From positions 791-16,492 of the forward strand of contig JARRRI010000036.1 in NCBI GenBank assembly GCA_037380845.1: a stretch of DNA of 15,702 nt, in the 5' to 3' direction. Shown piece by piece: positions 1 through 7,385 of the stretch. This stretch comes from Candidatus Sulfobium sp. Its GTDB lineage: Bacteria > Nitrospirota > Thermodesulfovibrionia > Thermodesulfovibrionales > UBA6898. The translations under genes and the position numbers were made by a program. The notes below the pieces were generated by a model that worked only from the letters and a program-made list of their open reading frames with translations, did no database searches and was not told where the DNA came from. Position 1 is the first letter of the stretch. Each line of letters begins with the position of its first letter.

Positions 1-83
1 TTTTTTCAGGGCAAGAGCGAAGGACGCCCCGATCAGACCCACACCCAGGATGGTGACTTTGTCGAAAAAAAGGTTGTCGGCAT
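1..83 (-). CDS. tyrA: Prephenate/arogenate dehydrogenase, 5' fragment only (runs off window; start uncertain)
   Basis: Minus-strand frame through 72..1 reads LFFDKVTILGVGLIGASFALALKK, a GxGxxG Rossmann N-terminus typical of TyrA, directly downstream of aroF. The nearest ATGs (83, 107) are out of frame across a T7 tract, so the end coordinate is nominal. Confidence 0.8.
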
Positions 84-119
84 CTCCTCTTCCGGCCGGC
101 TGCGCATTTCCGCGGATAT

Positions 120-1145
120 CTATATCTCCCTCCCCACCGAGGCGGCAACGGCCTGGAGTTCCTTCATCAGCTTTTCGAAATGATCTGGCCTGAGTGACTG
201 CTCTCCGTCGGACATCGCCTCTTCCGGGTTTGTGTGGACTTCTATGATAAGCGCATCGGCTCCAGACGCCACGGCTGCCTTTGCCATCGGAGCTACCAGG
301 TCCCATTTCCCGACCCCGTGGCTGGGGTCGACTACCACCGGCAGATGGGTGAGCTGTTTCAGCACCGGCACCGCGCTCAGATCGAGGGTATTCCTTGTGG
401 CGGTCTCGAAGGTCCTTATGCCCCTTTCGCAGAGCATTACTTCATGATTGCCCCTGGACATTATGTATTCCGCGGACATCAGCCATTCCTTGACCGTCGA
501 GGAGAGCCCTCTTTTCAGGAGGACGGGCTTATTGGCCGACCCAACCTCCAGGAGCAGCCTGAAGTTCTGCATGTTCCTGGCCCCGATCTGGATGATGTCA
601 GCGTACCTTACGATTACGTCGAGGTCCCTGGGGTCCATGATTTCGGTAATTACCGGAAGACCCGTTTTTTCACTCGCCTCGGCCAGGTACCTGAGTCCCT
701 CCTCTCCCAGTCCCTGGAACGAGTAGGGCGATGTCCTGGGCTTGTATGCGCCGCCCCTGAGGAAAGCGGCCCCGGCGGACTTGACCTTTTCGGCGATATT
801 CGTGAGTATAGTCTTGTTCTCTACCGCGCACGGTCCGGCCATGACGGGGATCCTCCTGCCCCCGATCACTGTGCCTTTTATGGTGATCTCGGTATTCTCT
901 TTTCTGAACTCACGGCTTGCGAGTTTGTAGGGCTTTACTATTCTAACGACGCTTTCGACCCCCGCGGCGGCACGGATCGCATCTTCCTCTTCCTCGCTGA
1001 CCTTCGATGTATCGCCGATCACACCGATTATCGTCATCTCCGTGCCCCGGGAAACATTCGCCCTGAGGTCGCGACTCTCCAGTTTCTTGACGATGTGTCT
1101 TATCTCTTCCTCGGTCGCCCCCTGCTTAAGCACGATAATATCCAT
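120..1145 (-). CDS. aroF: DAHP synthase, type I-beta, with N-terminal ACT/ferredoxin-like regulatory domain (copy 1)
   Basis: Motifs [54 protein letters not shown]. The ATG abuts the hisC stop; GGAGG lies upstream. Confidence 0.97.
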   Translation of the reverse strand: MDIIVLKQGATEEEIRHIVKKLESRDLRANVSRGTEMTIIGVIGDTSKVSEEEEDAIRAAAGVESVVRIVKPYKLASREFRKENTEITIKGTVIGGRRIPVMAGPCAVENKTILTNIAEKVKSAGAAFLRGGAYKPRTSPYSFQGLGEEGLRYLAEASEKTGLPVITEIMDPRDLDVIVRYADIIQIGARNMQNFRLLLEVGSANKPVLLKRGLSSTVKEWLMSAEYIMSRGNHEVMLCERGIRTFETATRNTLDLSAVPVLKQLTHLPVVVDPSHGVGKWDLVAPMAKAAVASGADALIIEVHTNPEEAMSDGEQSLRPDHFEKLMKELQAVAASVGREI

Positions 1146-2228
1146 TCAAACCTCCCTGCTCACCGCAACCCGGCCGAGCGCTTCAACAAACCTTCTGTTT
1201 TCCTCCGGGAGACCTATTGTCACCCTTATCGAATCCGGTCCCATCGGCCTTACGATAACCCCTAGCCCGAGCAGTTGCTCGTAAAGAGCCGGCGCTTCAG
1301 GTACCGGCATATAGATGAAGTTCGCCTCCGTAGGGACGTATTTCATTCCCATCTCATCCAGCCGCCGGTAAAGATATTCCTTGCCTCCTTCATTGACTTC
1401 CCTTGAACGGCGGAGGTGTTCCTCGTCGTCCAGGGCGGCAATCGCCGCTTTCTGCGCTATGGAATTGGTGTTGAAAGGCTCTCTCGACCTGTTCATGTCC
1501 GTCAGTATTTCCTGCTTTGCAACCCCGTAGCCGACCCTCAGCCCGGCAAGACCGTATATCTTGGAAAAAGTCCGCAGAATAAGAACGTTTTTATCGCTGT
1601 GCAGGTATTTCATGCTGTCGGCGTAACCGGGGTCGGTTACGTACTCGTAATACGCCTCGTCCAGGACCACGATTAGATCATCCGGCATCTTCGCCATCAT
1701 CCTGTCGAATTCCTCTTGCCGGTTCAGGGTGCCAGTGGGGTTGTTGGGGTTCGCTATAAAAAGCATTTTTGTCCTGGGCGTCACGGCGGCGGCCATGGCT
1801 TCCAGGTCGTGGACATAATCCTTCAGCGGTACCTGGACGCAGATGCCGCCTACCAACTGCACCCCCATCGAAAAGACTACAAAAGAAGGGACAGCCATGA
1901 CTGCTTCGTCACCGTCGGTCATGAATGTCCGGACCGCTATATCGATGAGCTCGTTCGACCCGTTTCCGAGAATGACCTCATCCTCCCTCACGGACAGCCT
2001 TTCGGAAAGGACCTTCTTCAGATAGTAGCCGCTGCCGTCAGGGTACCTGTTGATGTCGGAGAGTGCCTTCCCGGCAGCTTCAACCGCAGCGGGTGAAGGG
2101 CCTACCGGGTTTTCGTTGGAAGCGAGCTTTACCGAATTGCTGATGCCCAGTTCCCTTTCCAGTTCTTCTATCGGCTTGCCGGGAACGTAGGGACGTACCG
2201 ACAACACGTAGTCCGGCGGACGGATCAT
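1146..2228 (-). CDS. hisC: Histidinol-phosphate/aromatic amino-acid aminotransferase (PLP, class I-beta)
   Basis: YVPGKP, KLASNENP, GNGSNELI, ANPNNPTG, DEAYYEY, RTFSKIYGLAGLRVGY. Start placed at ATG 2228, which overlaps the pheA stop (ATGA). Confidence 0.95.
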   Translation of the reverse strand: MIRPPDYVLSVRPYVPGKPIEELERELGISNSVKLASNENPVGPSPAAVEAAGKALSDINRYPDGSGYYLKKVLSERLSVREDEVILGNGSNELIDIAVRTFMTDGDEAVMAVPSFVVFSMGVQLVGGICVQVPLKDYVHDLEAMAAAVTPRTKMLFIANPNNPTGTLNRQEEFDRMMAKMPDDLIVVLDEAYYEYVTDPGYADSMKYLHSDKNVLILRTFSKIYGLAGLRVGYGVAKQEILTDMNRSREPFNTNSIAQKAAIAALDDEEHLRRSREVNEGGKEYLYRRLDEMGMKYVPTEANFIYMPVPEAPALYEQLLGLGVIVRPMGPDSIRVTIGLPEENRRFVEALGRVAVSREV

Positions 2229-3310
2229 TGGACGGCCCCCTGGGGATAAGAACCCAGCACCTTCAGATAAAGGCAACGGTCTTTGAGAGATTCAGTCGCG
2301 TTTCTGACCTTCCTGTCTTCGATGTGTCCTTCCATGTCGACAAAGAATATGTACTCCCACGCCTTCCTCTTGGAAGGGCGCGATTCGATCTTGGTGAGGT
2401 TTATCTTCGCCCTCTTGAACGGCAGCAGTATGTCATAAAGCGAGCCGGGCCTGTCCTTGATAGAAAACATTATGGATGTTTTGTCATTTCCGGTCTTGGG
2501 GGGGAAGTCTTTCGAGATCACCAGGAACCTGGTGACGTTATGGCGGCTGTCCTCAATATTCCTCTCGATTATCGAAAGGTCGTACATCCTCGCGGCCACC
2601 TCGCTGGCGATCGCGGCTGCGGCCGCGTCCTGGGCGGCGAGCTCGGCTGCCCTGGCGGTGCTGGTGGATTCTTTCGTAACGACCCCCGGCATATTGGACT
2701 CCAGCCAGCCCCTGCACTGTGCAAGGGCCTGGGGATGGGAGTAGATCCTCTTTATCTTCCCCCTGTCCTTCTGCTTCGAAAGCAGATTGTGCGAGACTTC
2801 CAGGACGATCTCGGCGTTTACTTTCAGATCGAAATCCATGAACATGTCCAGCGTATGACTGATGACGCCTTCGTTGGAGTTTTCTATCGGCACGACCCCA
2901 TAGTCGGCTTTTCCGCCTTCCACGTTCTCAAAGACCGCCTTTATGCTGTCCACCGGCAGAAAGGCGGCGGACGACCCGAAGTGCCTTAGAGCGGCCAAAT
3001 GCGTAAAGGTGGCAAGCGGGCCGAGACAGGAGACCTTCAGGGGCTCTTCAAGTGACAGCGATGCAGACAGTATCTCCCTGTATATGGACTTGAGTGCGTC
3101 ATTCGGGAAGGGGCCGCCATTGTTACGGGTCAATCGCTCCAATATCTGGCGTTCGCGTTCCGGTTTGTAAAATTTTACTTTTTCATCGCGGTTTTCCCTG
3201 CGTTTCAGCTTCCCGACTTCCATAACGTTTTCCGCACGTCTGTTCAGGAGGGCGAGTATTTCGTCATCGATCATGTCGATCTTTTTTCTGATTTTATCCA
3301 GCTCGCTCAT
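2225..3310 (-). CDS. pheA: Bifunctional chorismate mutase/prephenate dehydratase (P-protein) with ACT domain
   Basis: N-terminal AroQ (IRKKIDMIDDEILALLNRR...PERE); PDT motifs VPIENSNEG, SHPQALAQC, NVTRF; ACT motif NLTKIESRP. Confidence 0.97.
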   Translation of the reverse strand: MSELDKIRKKIDMIDDEILALLNRRAENVMEVGKLKRRENRDEKVKFYKPERERQILERLTRNNGGPFPNDALKSIYREILSASLSLEEPLKVSCLGPLATFTHLAALRHFGSSAAFLPVDSIKAVFENVEGGKADYGVVPIENSNEGVISHTLDMFMDFDLKVNAEIVLEVSHNLLSKQKDRGKIKRIYSHPQALAQCRGWLESNMPGVVTKESTSTARAAELAAQDAAAAAIASEVAARMYDLSIIERNIEDSRHNVTRFLVISKDFPPKTGNDKTSIMFSIKDRPGSLYDILLPFKRAKINLTKIESRPSKRKAWEYIFFVDMEGHIEDRKVRNATESLKDRCLYLKVLGSYPQGAVQ

Positions 3311-3330
3311 GTCAACTTAGTGTGCCGCAA
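3307..3330 (-). other. Candidate 7-aa upstream ORF (TTG start, MRHTKLT*) whose stop overlaps the pheA ATG
   Basis: GGAGGAG (3346..3340) lies 9 nt before TTG 3330; TGA 3309..3307 overlaps pheA ATG 3310..3308. pheA has no SD at normal spacing. Confidence 0.35.
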
Positions 3331-3371
3331 ATGCAGGGTCTCCTCCCGGGCCGGTTTACGATTAAATTTTA

Positions 3372-3400
3372 ATATTACTTGTTTTTCCTTATTTTTTCAA
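3372..3400 (-). promoter_or_regulatory. Putative sigma70 promoter for pheA-hisC-aroF-tyrA
   Basis: TTGAAA (3400..3395) - 17 nt - TAATAT (3377..3372) in an AT-rich stretch. Confidence 0.55.
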
Positions 3401-3407
3401 GGCATGC

Positions 3408-3504
3408 GTCATCCTGGATTCTGAAACAGAATGGGGTATCTCTGCTGCCGGGCAGCGAAGAGACCGGTTGTCAAGCCGGCTTGCCGGGAATCCTTCAGAA
3501 TGAG
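3408..3504. repeat. Degenerate REP-like palindromic element (GTCAT...ATGA-type ends)
   Basis: Imperfect outer arms GTCATCCTGGA / TTCAGAATGAG enclose the hairpins ATTCTG-AAA-CAGAAT and GCTGC-CGG-GCAGC and the palindrome CAAGCCGGCTTG (3472-3483). Confidence 0.3.
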
Positions 3505-3533
3505 AAGGCTGGAGACCCCCCGAATCAGCATTT

Positions 3534-3656
3534 CAACCACGGCTGGACACGGATAAATACGGATAGAAGGAGTGGTATTTTCAGGTGGCGGGACCCTTGG
3601 CGTGAGTGATTGAAAAAGCTTTGCAGTTACTGAGTATCCGTGTTCATCCGTGGTTG
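3534..3656. repeat. 123-bp element bounded by 22-bp inverted repeats built from 10-nt units (MITE/REP-like)
   Basis: Left arm CAACCACGGCTGGACACGGATA (3534-3555) vs reverse complement of right arm (3635-3656) CAACCACGGATGAACACGGATA: 20/22 match. YACGG recurs every 10 nt (3538, 3548, 3558). Confidence 0.75.
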
Positions 3657-3672
3657 CCGTTCTTCTATTTGT

Positions 3673-4689
3673 TCAGAGCTTCACCCTGTTGAACTTCGAA
3701 AGCTCCTTCAGCCTCTTCATGAGCGCCGCGAAGTCCGCGATATTCAGCGACTGGGGACCGTCGCACAGGGCTTTAAGAGGATCGGGATGTACCTCTATGA
3801 TCAGGCCGTCGGCCCCCGCCGCCATCGCTGCAAAACATAGAGGCTCAACGTAATCCCTCGATCCCGTGGCGTGGGAAGGGTCGATTATTATCGGGAGATG
3901 GGAGCGCTCGTGTATAACGGGTACCGCAGAAATATCCAGGGTGTTCCGGGTAGCGGTCTCGAAGGTCCTGATCCCCCTCTCGCAGAGTATGACATCGCGG
4001 CAGCCTTCGGCGAGCACATATTCCGCCGACATGAGAAATTCCTGGATGGTGGTGGACATGCCCCTCTTCAGGAGAATTGGTTTGCCGTATTTACCCGCTC
4101 TTTTGAGAAGAGAAAAATTCTGGACATTCCGGGCCCCTATCTGAAGTACGTCGGCATATTGACCCACGAGGTCCACATCTTCAGGATTAATGACCTCGGT
4201 GACGAAGGGAAGACCGGACTCCTCCCGGGCCTTTGCCAGCAGCTTCAGGCCCTCATGCTCAAGCCCCTGAAATGAGTAAGGCGAAGTCCTGGGCTTGAAG
4301 GCCCCGCCCCTCAGCATGCGGGCACCTGCCTTCTTCACCCCGACTGCCGTCTCGACGATCTGTTTTTGGTTTTCGACCGAGCATGGCCCCGCAATGACGC
4401 CGAAGTGATCCCCTCCGAACCGGGCGTTGTGGACCCTGATTACCGAAGGCTCCTTCCTCATCTCCCTGCTGGCAAGCTTGTAGGGTTGCAGTATCGGTAC
4501 GAGTTTCTCGACGCAGGGGCTGGCCTCGAGGACTTCAAGCAGGTGCCTGTCCCTGTCGTCGCCGACGGCACCGATGACCGTCCTCTCCACCCCGAAGATG
4601 GCGTGGGGCTTGAAGCCGAGCTTTTCGACCTTTTTCATCAACGCGTCTATCTCCTTTTTCCTGCACCCCTGCTTCATTACAATTATCAT
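3673..4689 (-). CDS. aroF: DAHP synthase, type I-beta, with N-terminal regulatory domain (copy 2)
   Basis: [51 protein letters not shown]. Start ATG 4689 (MIIVMKQG) follows GGGAGGAG. Confidence 0.96.
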   Translation of the reverse strand: MIIVMKQGCRKKEIDALMKKVEKLGFKPHAIFGVERTVIGAVGDDRDRHLLEVLEASPCVEKLVPILQPYKLASREMRKEPSVIRVHNARFGGDHFGVIAGPCSVENQKQIVETAVGVKKAGARMLRGGAFKPRTSPYSFQGLEHEGLKLLAKAREESGLPFVTEVINPEDVDLVGQYADVLQIGARNVQNFSLLKRAGKYGKPILLKRGMSTTIQEFLMSAEYVLAEGCRDVILCERGIRTFETATRNTLDISAVPVIHERSHLPIIIDPSHATGSRDYVEPLCFAAMAAGADGLIIEVHPDPLKALCDGPQSLNIADFAALMKRLKELSKFNRVKL

Positions 4690-4713
4690 GTGCTCCTCCC
4701 TTATCAGTGTATT

Positions 4714-4757
4714 AAAAAATATAAAAGCCACAGGGGCCTGCACCGCCTGTGGCTTTT
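4714..4757 (-). terminator. Intrinsic terminator in the aroF copy 2 leader (attenuator)
   Basis: Minus strand AAAAGCCACAGG-cggtgcaggcc-CCTGTGGCTTTT then ATATTTTTT, ending about 25 nt before the start codon. Confidence 0.8.
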
Positions 4758-4777
4758 TTCCCGTTATTCCGCTAACG

Positions 4778-4870
4778 CTACGTACCGGGCGGCACCCCCA
4801 TCAGGACGGAGCCGGACCAACTAAATCGACCGCCAAGGCGGAAAAATGAGATGCATACCCGAAAAACCAT
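4778..4870 (-). CDS. Candidate attenuator leader peptide, 30 aa, MVFRVCISFFRLGGRFSWSGSVLMGVPPGT
   Basis: ATG lies 5 nt after the predicted -10 box (possibly leaderless); 4 Phe and 1 Trp codons; stop about 20 nt before the terminator. An alternative frame gives MHLIFPPWRSI (4856..4821). Confidence 0.45.
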   Translation of the reverse strand: MVFRVCISFFRLGGRFSWSGSVLMGVPPGT

Positions 4871-4875
4871 TACTA

Positions 4876-4904
4876 ATAATGATATATTCCGGGATTTAAG
4901 TCAA
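4876..4904 (-). promoter_or_regulatory. Putative sigma70 promoter for the aroF copy 2 leader
   Basis: TTGACT (4904..4899) - 17 nt - CATTAT (4881..4876). Confidence 0.6.
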
Positions 4905-5089
4905 ACGGAAACGGGGGCGCGGACTTGCTGCTCCATTGGAAGGCATACCCTCCCTTTCAGACACGAGGAACAGGTGTTCGTTTTCTGCAGCGCAACTTCC
5001 CCCCATGACTTCACATTATCTTCATACAGGTTGTTTACCTTATTAATCGGGAAGACGATAGCAGTGCAGGCATACCGGGGGTTTCTTTT

Positions 5090-5719
5090 ATGCGACTGAC
5101 GAAGGCAGCTTCGACTTACCTGGAGAAAGAGTCGGTCCCTTTCATATGGGCGGCAGCTGTTTTACTCGACCTGCTTATCGGCCTGGTCGATTACAGGACC
5201 GGCTACGAAATCGGTCTCTCGGTCTTCTATCTCGCGCCCATTGCGCTGTGCGCCTGGTATATCGGCCGGAAGGCGGGTTTGCTGATGTCGGTTCTCAGTG
5301 CCGTAACGATGGCTGGGTCGATGTATCTGACCGGATACGTTGCCGGGGTAGGTCATCGGGGATATCTCGCGGATTTATGGACACTGTTCCTGCGCATCTC
5401 ATTCTATCTCATCGTTGTCTTCCTTTTGTCGGGTCTCAAGGAGAGCTTCGAGGAGCAGAGAAGACTCGTGTCCGAACTCAAGAAGGCCCTCAATGAAATA
5501 AAGACACTGAGCGGTTTCCTGCCTATCTGTGCTTCCTGCAAGAAGATACGGGACGACAGAGGGTACTGGTACGAGGTGGAGAAATATGTCAGCGAGCACT
5601 CGGACGCCCAGTTCAGCCACGGGCTGTGTCCCGATTGTGCCGAGAAACTCTATCCCGAGTATTTCAAAAAGGAAGAAGCAGCAAGGGACGGTCAGCAACA
5701 AAGACACAAGAGGACGTGA
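5090..5719 (+). CDS. Membrane protein (about 4 TM), coiled coil and C-terminal CxxC...HxxCxxC putative metal-binding domain
   Basis: Hydrophobic segments in roughly aa 17-116, then EEQRRLVSELKKALNEIKTL and LPICASCKKIRDDRGYW...FSHGLCPDC, a module I recognise from the C-termini of receiver/PAS/membrane signalling proteins. Confidence 0.85.
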   Translation: MRLTKAASTYLEKESVPFIWAAAVLLDLLIGLVDYRTGYEIGLSVFYLAPIALCAWYIGRKAGLLMSVLSAVTMAGSMYLTGYVAGVGHRGYLADLWTLFLRISFYLIVVFLLSGLKESFEEQRRLVSELKKALNEIKTLSGFLPICASCKKIRDDRGYWYEVEKYVSEHSDAQFSHGLCPDCAEKLYPEYFKKEEAARDGQQQRHKRT

Positions 5720-5747
5720 TGTCCTTGCCTGCAGTTCGATGAAGGCC

Positions 5748-7274
5748 CTATTTTATCGATAAGACTATTCCGTCGCAGACCGATTCGGACGGGGTCAGGC
5801 GACCGTCGTTTTCTTTGTCTATGCAGACGTTGACTCTGCCCCGCAGGACCGGAAAGGCGGATGTGGCACCCAGAATACGCCAGATTCCGGCGTTTATTCC
5901 GGCAAGACTGTAGCCGGAGACAACCGGCCTCATGCTTCCAGGGCCGTCGCCCGGCTCCCAGGCGCCGTCATAATAAAACATTGTCTCCCCGCCGTCCCCG
6001 GCAAACCCGACCCATGCATAGATTTCCACCCCGGTGCCTTCCCAGTCCCCCGGAACGATGTCGATGGGGACGTCAAAGGGAGCAGGCCTCTGGACCGTAA
6101 GGATATGGTCGCCCCGGTTGAGAATAATTTCGGGTACTCCGTTCCCGAGAGAAGGATGAGTATCAGCCCAGAACATCCGGTAGAGCGCGGCGGTATGTTC
6201 CACGCCCGATGGAAGCAGCGTGTCGCCAACCGGTGAAAGGTCTTCGTCGCCGATATCGGTCTTGTCGAAATCTGAAAGAAGATGCAGTTCCAGCCCGTCG
6301 TCAAAGACCAGTCCGATTCCGTAAAAGGAGGGCATCTCATCCGCCAGGGTTTTACGGGCCGAGTCGAGGAGGATGAACTTATTCCTTGCCGGCGACAGCC
6401 CGTAACCCCATGACAACTGTCTGACCGTGAAATCCTCACCGACCGCGTAGACTCCTTCCAGCCCGCTGTGCGTTGTCCGGACGCTCGTTCCCCGTCTTGT
6501 CCCTCTGTCGGTCTTTCCGTCGGCGTCGTCACTGTCGTAGTTATCGGACATTTCCGCCATGGAGTAAAACAGCCTGAACAGGGGAGGTTCTTCGGGATAA
6601 CCTCCATCCGTGAGACTTCCGTAAGGGACCGGAAGAAGGTTGGCGCGGGGGAAGGCGGCTTCAAAATTTGCCGCCCGTTCCCCGGCCGGAATGCCTGAAA
6701 TGTATTGCCTGCCGGTATATTCCTCGAAGGAGTCGTCGCCCGTGGAGTCCATATCGGAGATATGAGGGTCTAGGTGTACATGAGCCGGTGTTGCCATGTC
6801 GGCGAGCAGATGCGCCACCCTGCCCAGGAGGTAATAGGCCCCGGAGGGATCTTCGTCATATATTTCGACGGCGGACCGATAAAGCGACTGTGCGCGCTGA
6901 TAGGCGTTTTGGGACTCGAGATTGACAGGGATATTTTCGACTTTCGTGAGGAGTCCGCCGTCCGGTCCGGCGTCGGGCTGCCAAAAGTGGGTGCCCCAGT
7001 TCAGGAGTCCCCACCATACGTCGGGTCCATCCGAAAGCCTCGGGTCACGATCGGCGTCTTCGTCATAGGCACCCTTGCATAAATTGTCCCTGGCTGAATA
7101 AAGGCAGTCCGGATAATCCCCTGAATATACATGCAGCTCGGACGGCACGGTCTGGACAAGAGACGATTCGTAGGCTATCAGGGAATGCAGTTCGGAATAC
7201 AGGGCATGGGCTTTCTGCGCGCGGAAGAGGACCGGGAGGGATATGAGCAAAAGAATCAGAGCGGCTCTTTTCAT
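5748..7274 (-). CDS. Secreted protein with Zn-dependent phospholipase C/S1-P1 nuclease-like domain and C-terminal beta-rich domain
   Basis: Signal peptide MKRAALILLLISLPVLFRAQKAHA. Ordered ligand-like motifs SELH, AYDED, THFW, YLLGRVAHLLADMATPAH, DDSFEEY. Alternative start TTG 7304. Confidence 0.7.
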   Translation of the reverse strand: MKRAALILLLISLPVLFRAQKAHALYSELHSLIAYESSLVQTVPSELHVYSGDYPDCLYSARDNLCKGAYDEDADRDPRLSDGPDVWWGLLNWGTHFWQPDAGPDGGLLTKVENIPVNLESQNAYQRAQSLYRSAVEIYDEDPSGAYYLLGRVAHLLADMATPAHVHLDPHISDMDSTGDDSFEEYTGRQYISGIPAGERAANFEAAFPRANLLPVPYGSLTDGGYPEEPPLFRLFYSMAEMSDNYDSDDADGKTDRGTRRGTSVRTTHSGLEGVYAVGEDFTVRQLSWGYGLSPARNKFILLDSARKTLADEMPSFYGIGLVFDDGLELHLLSDFDKTDIGDEDLSPVGDTLLPSGVEHTAALYRMFWADTHPSLGNGVPEIILNRGDHILTVQRPAPFDVPIDIVPGDWEGTGVEIYAWVGFAGDGGETMFYYDGAWEPGDGPGSMRPVVSGYSLAGINAGIWRILGATSAFPVLRGRVNVCIDKENDGRLTPSESVCDGIVLSIK

Positions 7275-7316
7275 GTAGCCATATATTAACCTGAACTCCC
7301 GCAATGTTCAATGTTG

Positions 7317-7352
7317 AAAAGGAGGCAGCTCCACCCGGGAGCCTGCCTCCTT
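7317..7352 (-). terminator. Intrinsic terminator after the 166-aa gene
   Basis: Minus strand AAGGAGGCAG-G-CTCC-cgggt-GGAG-CTGCCTCCTT followed by TT. Confidence 0.7.
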
Positions 7353-7385
7353 GTTGTTTCGATCAGCTCATAGCGACAATTAAAT

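Noticed and set aside
234..1265. 343-aa plus-strand ORF
   Set aside because: Antisense shadow of aroF; no motifs; expected in GC-rich coding DNA.
2229..2276. N-terminal extension of hisC in the ORF track
   Set aside because: Lies inside pheA; ATG 2228 gives an ATGA overlap and a typical HisC N-terminus.
2228..2989. 253-aa plus-strand ORF
   Set aside because: Antisense to pheA, no recognisable domain.
3379..3609. 76-aa plus-strand ORF containing NHGWTRINTD
   Set aside because: That peptide is just the translation of the repeat arm; no SD and no GxxExxY motif follows.
4690..4743. Longer aroF copy 2 start at 4743
   Set aside because: Starts within the terminator hairpin; ATG 4689 has a strong SD and matches copy 1.
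4801..4869. Third leader frame reading WFFGY...HF
   Set aside because: Aromatic-rich, but immediately preceded by an in-frame TAA with no start codon before the aromatic codons.
4714..4870. T-box riboswitch upstream of aroF copy 2
   Set aside because: No GGTGGNACC T-box bulge or stem I motifs found.
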